From the NCBI RefSeq assembly GCF_009914755.1, contig NC_060939.1: a stretch of 64,000 nucleotides of DNA. One strand, 5' to 3'. This document shows positions 35,083 to 48,329 of the stretch, piece after piece. The position numbers and the translations under genes are program-made. Numbering within the stretch: the first letter of the stretch is position 1; every line of letters begins with the position of its first letter. The stretch is from the human T2T-CHM13v2.0 reference genome, Homo sapiens. The notes below the pieces were generated by a model, which was not told where the DNA came from, did not search any database, and saw only the letters and a list, made by a program, of their open reading frames with translations.

Positions 35083-35684
35083 TTGGTTGTTGTTATAAAT
35101 TTAAGGGTTACAAGTACAGTTTTGTTACATAGGTACATTGTTTAGTGGCAAAGTCTGGACTTTTAGCATGACCATCACCCAATACAACCTCCCTGGAAAA
35201 CAGTATGGAAATTTCTCAAAGAACTAAAAATAGACCTACTATTCAATCCAGCAATCTCACTGCTAAGCATCTACCCAAAGGAAATGGAATTATTATATCA
35301 AGAAGATACTTGCACTCATATGTTTATTGCAGCACTATTCACAACAGCAAAGATATGCCATCAACCCAAGCATCTATCAATGGATGCCTGCATTTTTAAA
35401 AAGTGGGATACATATATACACACACAGTGGAATACTCTTTAGTGATTAAAAGGACAAAATCGTGTCTTTTATAGCAACGTGCATGGATTGGAGGCCATTA
35501 TCTTAAATGAGACAACTCAGAAACAGAAACTCGAATACCACATGTTCTCACTTAGTGGGAGCTAAATAATGTGTCCACATGGACCTAGACTGTAGAATAA
35601 TAGACATTGGAGATTCGGAAGGGTTGGATGGAGCTGAGGGATGAGAAATTACTTAATGAGGACAATGTGCCTTATTTGAGTGAC
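35083..35684 (-). mobile_element. Old L1 (L1MA/L1PB-like) 3' end with a 5' inversion
   Basis: 35083-35184 is the L1 terminus on the - strand; 35185-35684 is the adjoining upstream L1 sequence on the + strand. Confidence 0.8.
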
Positions 35685-36419
35685 GTGCCATCTCCTCCAT
35701 ATGGCAGAATCTCTCATGGTTACCTCTAAACCCAACCTTCTTCTCTGCCTACAGCCTTGAGTTTTCCAACTGCCTTTTGGCAGCAAGCACTGCAGATGAT
35801 AAAAGAGACCCACAGATCAGCTAGGTATCTACAAGAAAATCAAGCGACTAAATATTGACAGAGATGGTGAATCCCATAGGAGACTGGGAGCAAGCAGGAG
35901 AAGCACCTTGTTGCATTAATTGGGGGCAGAGAGGGTATGAGCGAATGTGAAAAGCTAGGTGAGGATCTTCCATTCTCCCACAAATACCTTCCTTGACTTG
36001 TGTGCCTAGGGGAAAACCTTTAATGAGATGTTTTTCATTGCACTTACCACTCTGAGCTTGAAGAATGAACCTCACTAGAGATAAAGAGCAAATGTCTGCC
36101 TCTTAGAAGAGGGGTGGCCAAAGAAAAATATGTTCAGCTGAAACCGCATTCTCACACGAAGGCAACAAGATGAAAATCCTCTTCCTTCTCCCACCAAGAA
36201 ACGTTACCCAAGATTTTGTTCCTGATGCTCTTGCTACTCACAGTCCCTGTGGCTGTTTTGTTCCTTGGCTAGATAGGATATGATCCTCATCTTTTCCCAC
36301 TGAAGGCATCTGGAAAACCTATCAAGCTCATTTAAACCAAAACACTAAGGAATGAACAGCTGGTAGTTGTGATAAAATTTGACATTTGACCCTGAAAAAT
36401 CAATAGGAAAGAAATCAGA

Positions 36420-37260
36420 AAGCATTGCCAACCTCAAGCCTCAAGTTTGAATTGCATTTGGCTGCTAGTAGTGGAGAATTGGCTATAGTGGCTTAAACAA
36501 ATGAGAAATTTAGTCTCACACGGAAAAGAAGTCCAAAGATAGTTGAGCTAGGGCCAGTATTGTTCCTCGTTAGAAAGCCTCATGCCTTTGTCTGTCTGTC
36601 TTTTATTTATTTATTTTTTTTGAGATGGAGTCTTGCTCTGTGGCCCAGGCTGGAATGCAATGGCACAATCTCGGTGCTCACTGCAACCTCCGCCTCCCAG
36701 GCTCAAGCGGTTCTCCTGCCTCAGCCTCCCAAGTAGCTGGGATTATAGGTGCCCACCACCATGCAAAGCTAATTTTTGTATTTTTTTAGTAGACACAGGG
36801 TTTCACCACATTGGCCAGGCTGGTCTCAAACTCCTGACCTCAAGTGATCCACCTGTCTCGGCCTCCCAAAGTGCTGGGATTACAGGTGTGAGCCACCATG
36901 CCCAGCCTCATTCCTTTGTCTTTATATTCTCAACATTGCCTTCCATCTTTGAAGTTACTTTATGATATAATAAGCCAATTAGAGTTCCAGCCATCATATT
37001 TTCATTCCAGACAGGAAGTAGGAAATCAGCAGGAGAAAGGCAAAAAGACACCTTCAGCTATCTGATCCCTTCTTAGAGGTTTATTTCCAGGAGGCCCATC
37101 CAACAACTTCTACATTCATCTTATTGATCAGAACTTAGTTACATAGCTATAGTTAAAGGGAAGCTGGGTAATGTGATCTTTAGCAGGGCATAGTTCCACC
37201 CTGAACAAAATGGGGTTTGTTACTATGGAAGAAGAGGAGAATGAATATTGAGTAGACAAC
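36420..37260. mobile_element. Old ERVL/MaLR-class LTR fragment, interrupted by an Alu
   Basis: agtggcttaaacaa...tctcaca..aagaagtcc and aacttagttacat...gggaagctggg motifs; family uncertain. Confidence 0.5.
36600..36907 (-). mobile_element. AluS
   Basis: Antisense Alu; TSD tcatgcctttgtct / tcattcctttgtct. Confidence 0.94.
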
Positions 37261-37609
37261 CAGTAATGTCAGCTATATGAAGGAGAGGCTGCTTGAATCT
37301 GAAAACGAGAGATTAGATAAGAATGTCCCTGAGACTGGAACCAAGGGCAGTAAGGAATTCAGGAGATAAGAGAAGGATCCCAAAGTGATCTTGGCCTCAT
37401 GAGTCTCTACATTTCTTAGCCTGGTGCTCCTCATGAATGGGTAGGAGGTACAGGCTACCCACAACAATTCATTCTGATGTCCTAGGGCTTAGGGAACTGG
37501 CTTTTGGTAGCTGTTACCCTACATGAGGCAAGAGGCATCAGGTTTTTTAGACCATTTTGAGACGCATTTTTTTTTAACTAAAGGAAGACAATAGTTTAAC
37601 TTGTGTCAC

Positions 37610-38440
37610 TGTGATATTTCGATATAATAAATATGTATTTGCTCTTCATCTCTGCTTCCTGGCACAGAGCTCCCAAAACTCATAGAATTTCCTGAGGGAA
37701 AGGGATGAAAGGAACATCTTCTGTTATTCATAATAAGCCCCTTTCAACCATACCTGAGTTTATTCTAATGAGGTGACTCTTGGAGAATGGAGACTGGTTG
37801 CCAGATGTACCAACTCTGCAATTAGAGGGTTGGGACTTTCAGCCCCACCACCATTTACCCTCCCCTAACCTCTGGGGAGAGGAGAGGGGCTGGATATTGA
37901 GTTTAATAACCAATGGCCAGGGGTTTCACCAATCATGCCTATATAATGGAGCCACCACAAAAAAACCCTAAGCTATGGGGTTTGGAGACGTCCATGTTGC
38001 TGAACACACAAAGGTACTGGGAAGGTGGTGTGCCTGGAGAAGGCATGGAAACTCCCTGCCTCTTCCCCCATACCTTGCCCTATGCATCTCTTTCATTTGG
38101 CTATTCCTTGGTTGTGTCCTTTATAATAAACTGGTAATAGTAAATCAAGTATTTTCCTGAGTTCTGTGAGCTGCTCTAGCAAATTATTGAACCCAATGAA
38201 GGGGTTGGTTATAGCCAGTTGGTCAGAAGTACAGGTCACAACCTGGGACTTGAGACCGGCATCTGAAGTGAGGGGCAGGCTTGTGGGTCTGAGCCCTTAA
38301 CCTGTGGGGACTGCACTAAATCCAGGTAGTTAGTGTCATATTTGAATTGTAGGACATTCAGTCAGTGTCTGAAGAGTTGAAGAATTGTTTTATGTGAGAA
38401 AAACCCCACATTTGATATCAGAAGCGTTGAGCAGAGAAAC
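37610..38440 (+). mobile_element. MER21-family solo LTR
   Basis: Starts tgtgatatt...ttcctggcacagagctcc; internal tttataataaa poly(A) signal. Confidence 0.75.
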
Positions 38441-39286
38441 AGTGGGGGTTTTTTGTTTGTTTGTTTAGTTACTCTATGTAGACATTTGAAAATGGCAACT
38501 CACCCAGCCCTTGGAAATATAATTTAATTTGAATATGTAAGCTACTTCACGGCAAGACAGCTTAGAGAAACGACTGAATTCCTGAAACTGCAGTTCAACC
38601 TTCTTGGTGCTACTGCAAAATTTCTTAACCAGTCTATTTTTTTGTTTTATGAGTAATGCTTATTTGTAGGGAATCTTCAAACCATTTTAGAGGGCATAGA
38701 TGAAGATAATTGATCTCTGCTTATACACTTCAAATCACAGCGAAAAACATATTATCTTACAAATTTCATTGATAAAACTGGCTTTAAAGGAAAAGGGGTG
38801 GGACATGAACTGTTGAGAGTGCTCAGAATTTCAGAGGTTTGACAATGACAAGTGTCCAGGACCAGGTTAGATGTCTTAGTGACCAAGACTTGCCTACCTT
38901 TGCTAGCCTTATATATTAAAGGAAGCATGTCCCAAAACTTAGAGCTTAACCTTAATCAACTAATCAGTTTAAAGAAAAAACATAACCTACTTTTGACCAT
39001 TTTGAAATGTCGATTTCTGACATCAGTTTGCTAAGGCAATTCTTGAATCCTTTGGCAAATGGAAATAATTACTGTAGATCTTTCAAGAAATCTACTCTAA
39101 TTATGTACCTATATCTGAATGTTTAAGGAATATATTGCTATTTAGTCTCCCTGATTATTGCTTTCATATGAGAATGCAGTTTGATCTGGATAAATGTATG
39201 TCTCCAGTGCTGGTATAATTTTTAGAGTGTGAATATTTTAATCTCTACTGAATTTCAAATGCCTGTTTATTTACTTTTGGACCCAG

Positions 39287-39374
39287 ATCTAACTGGCTGA
39301 AAAGTCCTGATGCTGATTCTGACCAGCTCTTCCGCATGGTGGCAGAAGTCTTCATTCTGTGGTGTAAATCTCAT
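39287..39374 (+). CDS. RYR3: RYR3 exon, 88 nt: (R)SNWLKSPDADSDQLFRMVAEVFILWCKSH
   Basis: ttttggacccag acceptor; CAT|gtaaga donor. Confidence 0.96.
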
Positions 39375-39435
39375 GTAAGAACACATTTGGGCCCTGGGTT
39401 TAGAATGGTTGTGAAAGCTGCAGACCGTGGAAAAC

Positions 39436-40341
39436 TGTTGATGAAAAAAAGCCAACAGTAAAATATTCGAAGAAATGTATTCTGAGCCACATGTGAGGAC
39501 CACGACCCATGACACTGCCTCAGGAGGTCCTGAGAACATGTGCCCAAGGTGGTTGGGTTACAGCTTGACTTTATACACTTCAGTGGGACAGAAGTTACTG
39601 ACAGAGGCATAAATCAATACATGTAAAGTATACCTTGGTTTAGCCCAGAAAGGCAGGACATCTTACAGGGGTAGGTAGTGGGCGTCCAGGTCATAGGTGG
39701 ATTCAAAGATTTTCTGACTGACAGTTGTCAATCAGAAAGAGTTATTATCTAAAAACCTGGAATGAATAGAAACGGTGTCTGAGTTAAGACAAAGGATTGT
39801 CAGACCAACATTCTTATTATGCAGATGAAGTCTCATATGTGGCCACCCATAGAGACAACAGGTGACAAATGTTTCATATTTAGACATTTAAAAGGTGCTA
39901 GACTCTCATTTAATCTCTTCAAGATCAGGAAAAGACCAGGAAAGGGAAGGGGATTCTCTACAGAATGTGAATTTTCCCCACAGCAGAGACAGCTTTGCAG
40001 GGCCCTTTCAAAATAATGTCAAATAAATACATTTTGGGGTCAAATATTTTTATTTCCTTCCAGGCCTGCTGTCTGTCATGTGATGCTATACTAGAGTCAG
40101 GTTGGAATTTGGTGTCTTATTACTACCAAGAGTCTATTTTGTCTTAAGATCTCTATTTTAATGTTGATGCTGGTCATATGTGCCTAAACTCTAAAAGGGA
40201 GAGGGTATAATGAGACATGCCTGACCCCCTCTTCCCATAATGGAATGAATTAGTTTTTCACGTGTCTTTGGAATCACCTCGGCTGAGAGGAGGGGTCTAT
40301 TCCGTTACTTGGGGAGCTTAGAATCTTATTTTTGGTTTACA
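39436..40341 (-). mobile_element. MER4-family (ERV1) solo LTR
   Basis: TG...CA termini; minus strand begins tgtaaaccaaaaataagattctaag; ctcaggaggtcctgagaacatgtgcccaaggtgg core; near-TSD aaac / gaac. Confidence 0.85.
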
Positions 40342-40385
40342 GAACTTTCTTGTAATGTTTGCTGTTTCAATTCTTTCCCACTTAG

Positions 40386-40478
40386 AACTTCAAGAGAGAA
40401 GAGCAAAATTTTGTGATTCAGAATGAAATTAATAATTTGGCATTTTTAACTGGAGACAGCAAAAGCAAGATGTCAAAA
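40386..40478 (+). CDS. RYR3: RYR3 exon, 93 nt: [31 protein letters not shown]
   Basis: ttctttcccacttag acceptor; AAA|gtaagt donor. Confidence 0.97.
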
Positions 40479-42030
40479 GTAAGTCCTTAGAAATCAATTC
40501 CAAAAACTCTTCAACCCTAACCTCAGCCATGACTTGGATCTGTTTCATACTTTCTGGGGATTAACACCGTACTGCATTTAGGTCAAACTACATGACCAAC
40601 AGTCTCTGCTGCTGTTTCTTTGAGAACGAGCCAGAAGAAACTGCTCTCAAATAAGCATGGTCATCACATTTTATGAATAAATAGCTGCTTGTATGTCAAA
40701 AAGCTTAAGTTTCAAGACTTGCCTAAGGCATTTGAGAGGTCTCCAAAACAAAAGCTGCTGTTAGTGATTTTAAAATAGAACTTCTTCCTGTGTAGTGAGG
40801 ATACAGCAATACACATGCCTAGAACCACCTTTTGATAGCTAGGAAAAAATTACCTTGCTTTGTAGATTTTGACAGCACGTACTCTTACATCATGCTTGTT
40901 TTCCTCCTATCTGTAATATCCAATACCTGTTTTATTTCAGCTGTGTTGATCTCTTAATGCCCTCTGTTTCTTTTTCATGATAGTTGCACTCAGAAAGCCA
41001 AACATTTGTCCATTTCCTTTAGGAAATGTTTGAAAAGGCATATCGGACATCTGTCTGAAGAAAGACTAACCTATAGAGAGGAGCATAGCAGGAATACAAG
41101 GGGCACAAGTTAGCCTCCCACCTCCTCTTGCGTCGGCTCTGCACGCTGAGGCTTCATTATTTTGATTTAAGAGACTTCTCAGACGTACTCCTTCAAGTGT
41201 ACATACAAAAGCAAAGCCTACTTAAATGTGATGTTTTGTTACCAGCTGTTATGACTTACCTTGACTCTGTACCCCTGAGAAATGTGCCTCAGTGAGGGTT
41301 GATTTTATATGTCAAGTATAAGTGACATTAATACCTGAGATGTGCATCTCTCTCATTGCTGGTACAGTGCTGCCTTTGAGGAGCATCAGGGTGGAGTGTG
41401 CATGGGGACCCTCAGAAGTAAAAGTCAGCTCTGGAAAGATGAGAATCATGGGTTTGTAACAAAGCCCTTGGGCATCTTTCCAAATAACCATTTGGGATGG
41501 AGGTCTCATATATAAGCTGCAGACAAGGGGCTGGTATGACACCAAAAGCGAAAACTTTAGCATCTGGAGCTCCACCAAGCATAGCTAGCTCTAGTCAGCT
41601 GCGATCATTCTGAGCTTTCTGTTGCTTTTATTTATGTTGACACATTTCTTCCAACATATAGAAATTGACTGTTAGAGTTTATAGTATACTCTAAGTATAC
41701 ACTTTTAGTATGCATTGCTTGATAAAGTTTGACAAACAAAATTACGTACATACAAAGTAGAGCAATCACATTCATGAGGAATCTTTGCTGCAAAGGTATC
41801 CTTTGTGCTTTAGTTTTATTTGATTTTTCAGAATTCATTTTGCATTTGTCTTTTGGTAAACACATCTACTGTCATATGATGTAGACGAGGTTGAGTTTTT
41901 TCAAATCCACCTTTCGGGGACAGCTAGCTTATCTTAAGTTGCCTCTGCAGGTCTTCTTACAGGTATCACAGCCTCTTCTTTGACTCATCTACCTGCAGAA
42001 AGTCAATAAATCCCAGACAGATTCCATACT

Positions 42031-42331
42031 ATCTTTTTTTTTTAATTTTTTGAGATGGAGTCTCACTCTGTTGCCCAGCTGGAGTGCAGTGGCATGATCT
42101 CGGCTCTCTGTGAGCTCTGCCTCCCAGATTCAAGCAATTCTTCTGCCTCAGCCTCCCAAAAGCTGGAGCTACAGGCGCACGCCACCACACCTGGCTAATT
42201 TTTGTATTTTTAGTAGAGATGGAGTTTCGCCATGTTGGCCAGGCTGGTCTCGAACTCCTGACCTCAAGTGATCCACCCACCTCATCCTCCCAGAGTGCAG
42301 GGATTACAGGCGTGAGCCACAGCTCCCGGCC
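42031..42331 (-). mobile_element. AluS
   Basis: Antisense dimeric Alu. Confidence 0.94.
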
Positions 42332-42884
42332 TTATCTTCAAATTGGGGTAGATTCAATGGCTTAGGACTGAACCAGCTAGCATCCATTGGGATTGTCAGG
42401 GAACAATCACAAAGCAATGGAAATGAATCTGATACCAGGACTTGGATCCTGGATGAGCAGAAATGGCAAAGACATCTCAAGCCTCTGGTAATGAATGAAT
42501 GCTCAAGGTCCTTGGGTTTACATTTGGACAAAGATGAGGTAGCAGAAAATGGCATTTCAAAACCCACCTACTAACAAACTAACCTGACATTTTGTTCATT
42601 CACATCACTGAATGAGGAAAAGCGGGTGTTTGTTTCTTGACAAAGGATGGTCATTTTCAGAAAGTGGTCTTCTTCCTTGCTGGTCCGGTTAGTCTGTAGA
42701 AGCAAAGTCTTTTGTTTCATTTCTGTTGTTGTCATATGCCAAGTATTTCTGAGCCACATGGGATAGGGTCAAAATTACAACTTAACGAATGGATGAGAGG
42801 ACACTCCCTAGATGTTGAATAATAGTTGCCATGGTCCTCAGGGTAACAAGAGTTCATATTGTTCTGTTGCCTGAGTTAAGACAC

Positions 42885-43030
42885 TGTGTAGTGGTAAATA
42901 GACCAGAAGGCGAAAGGAAGCTAAGTCTTGCCCCTGGCCCAGCTGTTGGCTAAAGCTACACCTTGCATCATTCACTTAACTCCTCTGGGTCCCATTTACC
43001 AATCTGCAGAATGGGATTGAGCTTACTTCC
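42885..43030. mobile_element. MIR fragment
   Basis: cacttaactcctctgggtccc..tttaccaatctgcagaatgggat core. Confidence 0.6.
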
Positions 43031-43928
43031 TGACTTCTCCCAGCTCTACTAAGATGTTCTGGTTTAAGGTCAGTTTCAACAGTATCTCTAGGATAGAGTA
43101 ATATTTGAGAAATACAGTGCATTATTTCAGACAAAAAGATACCATGCCTCCGATAAGAAATATCTCCTAGCCATTTCTGGTATTTTTTGGATGTGGAACT
43201 ACATACTGAGGGGTTAGGGCAGGAGTATTCTTCCTTATCAGTTGACTCCCTATTGCCTTTGCCTCCCTGCAATTAGATGTTCTCTCTACTACCTGATCTG
43301 AACAGTGACCTGTACTTGCTTTTATCTCCACTCTTAACTGAATTCTGGTGTTGTAAAAATGAAGTTAGCCTCAGTGCATATGGCAGGCTTTGTGGAGGTA
43401 TGTGTATATGAATGCCCTATGCCACACACACCACATATGCCGTTGCGAATGGAAAGGAAGTGGAGAAAATATACAGTGAGCCACGCTGTTACTACTTGAT
43501 TAGTTGAAGGTCAGTTCAAAGATAACGCTATTTTTCTGGGGCAGTCAAAGCAGATTTTGCTTGTGAGAGCTCATTGTATATTTTGTGTATATAACACCAG
43601 TTTGCAAATGTATGTTAAGCTAAATGTAACTAAGCTGAGCAAGTGTTTTTTGTTTTGAAACTTTTTTTGTTTCTGGAAAAATGACAGCAGCTTCCTCAGA
43701 AGGGAATGGTAAGTTAGAATGTGTTCAGCCCAAGAAATGCCAGTTCCTTGACCAAGGTTATAAACAATAAAATCAAAAAAGTGTCGTGATGCAGGAAATA
43801 TTAGAGTGCCTCATTGTTCAAAGCCACTCCACCCCATGAAGTGTGATTTCAGTGGATCGAAAAAGGACAGGAAATATTTTTGAAGCTATCTTTGAGTTTT
43901 TCAAGGGCATTCACACTTACACGTGTGA

Positions 43929-44293
<365 letters not shown>

Positions 44294-44404
44294 TTCTCTT
44301 TTGTTTTTATTCCCTTTGTTCTTGCACTTCTGCTGTTTACTCACAGGCATGTGTGCATACTCTGTCTCTCTCTCTCATAAATGTGCACACGGGAACGCAC
44401 ACTC

Positions 44405-44537
44405 ATCCTCTTCTTCTCCTCTCCCCCTCCCCTTTCACCCTCCCCTTTTCTCCTCCCTTCCCCTCCCTTCTCTCCACCTCTGCCTCTGTCCACCATTTCT
44501 TCCTTCCCTCCTGCCCTCCTTCTCTCACTCTATCTCT
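44405..44537. repeat. CT-rich polypyrimidine low-complexity tract
   Basis: About 130 bp, nearly all C/T. Confidence 0.85.
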
Positions 44538-44895
44538 TGCTTCGCATTCTCAGACCGACTTACAGAAAGTCTTCTGTTTTTTCTCTGTCTAATGTTGGGT
44601 TGACTTGTCATTGCTTCTGTTACCTTCTCAGTGGGACAAGAGCTTCCCATGGCCCGGGCTTGCCTTTGTCCAGAAGTCTGACACCAGCTCTCCCTGTGCT
44701 GTCCCCTTGTGATGTGTCCTCAAAGTCACTCACCCCACAAAAGCCTGTGTCTGTCTTTTAAGTTCTACACACAAAATCAACTGTCTAATCATTATAAGAT
44801 AACCACTGGTGATAGTTTATGATGTAAGCGTGGGGAGATGCAATGATTTTGAAGGTATAAGAATCTGTACATTTCTATTAAGAAAATAAAACATG

Positions 44896-45020
44896 GGCCA
44901 GTGTCGTGCCTGTAATCCCAGTACTTTAGGAAGCTAAGGAGGGAGGATCACTTGAGGCCGAGAGTTCAATACGAGCCTGGGCAACATAGCGAAACCCTGT
45001 CTCTTAAGAAAAAAAAAAAG
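44896..45020 (+). mobile_element. FLAM-like Alu monomer
   Basis: Left monomer plus A tail; TSD aagaaaataaaac. Confidence 0.85.
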
Positions 45021-45264
45021 GAAGAAAACGCAAGAAAATAAAACGTTTCCACCACCAAATTTTTAAAAGCATTTCATTAGAAAATTGCAGTGAGTTAACT
45101 AATCTTAGCAATATGTGACAGAACAAATAAAACTAGAATCTGTAGCCCCAACCTAAGGCATGTTTAAAGGTTGTAGCACAAGAAGGGAAACGCTCCATCT
45201 TTTAGGTTTTTTGGTGATTCTGAATCACTTTGGATATTCCTAGAGTACTTTTTGTTAATAAATC

Positions 45265-45563
45265 TTCTTTTTTCCTTTTTTTTTTTTTAAGACAGGGTGT
45301 CCCTCTGTTGCCCAGTCTGGAGTGCACTGGTGTGATCATAGCTCACTGCAGCCTTGAACTCTTGAGCTCAAGCGATCCTCCTGCCTCAGCATCCCTAGTA
45401 GCTGGGACTATAACACACAACCCCACACCCAGCTGAATTTTTTTTTTTTTTTGTAAAGACAGTGGCTATGTTGCTCAGGCTGGTCTCAAATTCCTAGCTT
45501 CAAGTGATCTTGCCACCTCGGCCTCCCAAAGTGCTGGGATGACAGGCATGAGCCACTGTGGCC
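45265..45563 (-). mobile_element. AluJ
   Basis: atagctcactgcagccttgaactc..gctcaagcgatcctcc. Confidence 0.9.
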
Positions 45564-46071
45564 TACGCTACCTTCTTTTAACATAAGCACAAGCATTGCC
45601 CCTTAGGTCAGTTCTCCCCTCTCTGTAGCCACAGATGTTGCTAATGTGGTGGGTAGAAGGAAGAAAGAAAACTCTGCTCTTTGGTTATACAACAGATTGT
45701 CTATAGCCCACCCAGGTGAAAGGAGGGAGGTAGAAGGGGCAAAGACTTCAGTTCTGGCCACCCACAAGAACTCTCTAGATCTAAAGACCAGCCTGGGTCG
45801 GGTCTGAGTGCCACACACTCTAGAAGGCTGCTTCTGGGTTGATTGTTTGGTCTGGGTATAAGTCCTTTGACCAAATTAACTTCCATCCTAACCTCCCACT
45901 CACTCTTCATGCTATGCTCAACTGGCTTCCAGAACCATTGAGTTTCTGTTGTGTTGGCTGAGAAATGGGGGCTAAGAAGCTATAACTAACATATGGTGCC
46001 TTTTGCCTTAGAGCCCTGCTTTTACTGACTGACTCTTCTCCTTGTTTCTTTTCTTTTGTCTTTCCACACAG

Positions 46072-46086
46072 GCCATGCAAGTAAAG
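46072..46086 (+). CDS. RYR3: RYR3 15-nt cassette micro-exon AMQVK (counterpart of the RYR1 ASI 5-aa exon)
   Basis: TACTGAC branch-like motif, pyrimidine tract of about 35 nt, acag|GCCATGCAAGTAAAG|gtacag. Symmetric phase 0; fills the gap between KSKMSK and SGGQDQERK. Confidence 0.9.
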
Positions 46087-46719
46087 GTACAGGTCAAATG
46101 CATGACGTGTCTTTTCTGTCCTAGTATTAGAGGTGCCGGGCTCTGGCCCCCTCTGCACTGTGATCACCATGGGGGTGGTAGAGAATGGATTTTCCCGCCT
46201 GGAGGTCCCCCAGGCCTGCTCCAGGGAAGACAACTGCCTGTCAAAGAGTGAATGTAGGCCTACCCACCCTTGGAATGGGGAAGCCGGGGAAGCCAGCCAA
46301 GCCTCACCCTAACCGAGGTCTCCTTGCTATCTCTGCTCCCTTCTCCAGCTGCCCTCTCGGCAGCCACCACACTAACAGAGATAGGGATGACTGACAGGGC
46401 TTGAGAACCCAGGGGACTACTCCTCGTGGTGCTACCCAGGGTCAGAGTCCTATTTTTTATTAGTGGTCTCAGCCCTTTCACACTGTAGGTGTCCTGCATC
46501 CTGTATAAGGCTCCCATGATTCAAAGAGAGTCTTCCAAAGCCTACCCTGGGAGAATTTCCCAGTTACAGTTTCAGGTTATAACTGAACATTTTCTCTTCC
46601 TCTTAATTAATGTGTGTCGGCTGCCATTCTCCCAAACCTCTGCTCTACACTATGCAGTGAAGAAGGGGAGATGTGGAGGAACTAGGGCACACGCAGCTCT
46701 TAGTTAGGAAAGGAAGATG

Positions 46720-46900
46720 GAGCCCAGGCGAGATAGACTTGCATCTGGTTAGCTCAGAGGCTTACTTGCTATGTGATCTTGGAAAAATTGCTTAACTTCC
46801 CTGAGCAATCCCATTCTCATTTACAAAACTGACTGGTTTCAGGGGTTTTGGGAGGATCATAAATGTTTTATATAAGTAGCAGGCACATTGGAGTCATATT
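46720..46900. mobile_element. MIR fragment
   Basis: cttacttgctatgtgatcttgg..cttaacttccctgagc..ctcatttacaaaa. Confidence 0.6.
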
Positions 46901-48129
46901 GCATATGCAGCATTTATGATTAGAAGGACATGAGATTGGCCCAATCAAATAGAGAGTGAGCAGGAAATAATTTAGATTGTGTAATCAAATCCACGTAATT
47001 ACACTTTTGAGCATATTTATTCGATTGCATACTGTGTATTACCATTTATATTTTACATGTATACATACGTGATATCACATAGTTTATATACATATAACCA
47101 GGTTCTATGTTTTATGGATGATTTGAAACATTTTCAAGGGTAATTTCGACTATAAATGAGTTTTGCCCTGAGTCGCAACCTTTAGAATTTTAAACCTGGT
47201 GGTAGAATGGTGAGGAGCCCAGCAAGCACTCAGCCAGTGATAGTTGGCACACGCTCAGTCTGTGTGTGAAGCAGCTTTCCCTTCCTGCTGTTTTCTGGAA
47301 CACCAGGAGGCTCCTTCTCTTAGCCCCATTTCTTTCCCTCTGTTTATATTTCTTACTGCCCCTCCCACTGCTGTCCAAGGGCTGACTGGTGTTTTGGAGC
47401 ACTGGACGCAAGATACCCCTGCAACAATAGAATTTTCTGGCAATGTTTGGCCAGACTAGGGTTCTGCTGGCCAGGGATTTTGCTGTGGTTTCTGTGATAC
47501 TGTGATGCAACCACCTGAAATTGCAGCCGCCACAAGTGCTGAAAGAAATTACACTGTTCTTAAGAGTGTCCATTAATAATTATGAAACTCTTTCGCCTTT
47601 TGGAAAGCAATTTAAAGAGATTAGTCCCAAGACACTGTTAATTCTGACCCTACTCTTCTCTTCCAAAAGCCTTTTCCCATAAAATGAATTCTGCCCAAGC
47701 CCAGGAGGACCAGATCTTGCGTGCCACTTCCAGGGGAGGCATCTGGCGTGCTTCCAGAGCCCTGTATCTGTATGTCATGATAAACCACAGTGCTGTCCCC
47801 TCATTGCTGCAAACACTCCATGGTACCTCATAGCGTAAAGCTTTGGTGAGCACCGCTTCTTTCCCAGAGTCCCTGACTTGATTCTGGCTACCCAGCCCTC
47901 CCCACTTCCAGCAAGTGCCCACTGAGGCCCAGTCCTGCAAGCACGTACCACGTGAGCAGCTCTGTGTCTCTGGAACCTGGAATCATGAAATCTGAGTCAC
48001 CGCCTTGTTTCCTTGAGCCCACCTGGACCCACCAAGTGATTTCCCTGTGCCGTGGATGCTGAGGGTTCTCAGTGGGTTCCCTGGGGCTGCTATTGTGTCA
48101 TAGCCCAGTGCATTGGATTCCTCTCTCTC

Positions 48130-48329
<200 letters not shown>

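Noticed and set aside
46042-46251. 69-aa ORF through the micro-exon as a separate gene
   Set aside because: Starts in the polypyrimidine tract; only AMQVK has family support, and the rest is at most intron read-through
47160-48060. GC-richer unique stretch with RUNX-like and AP-1-like words
   Set aside because: Short motifs occur by chance; an enhancer cannot be supported from sequence alone
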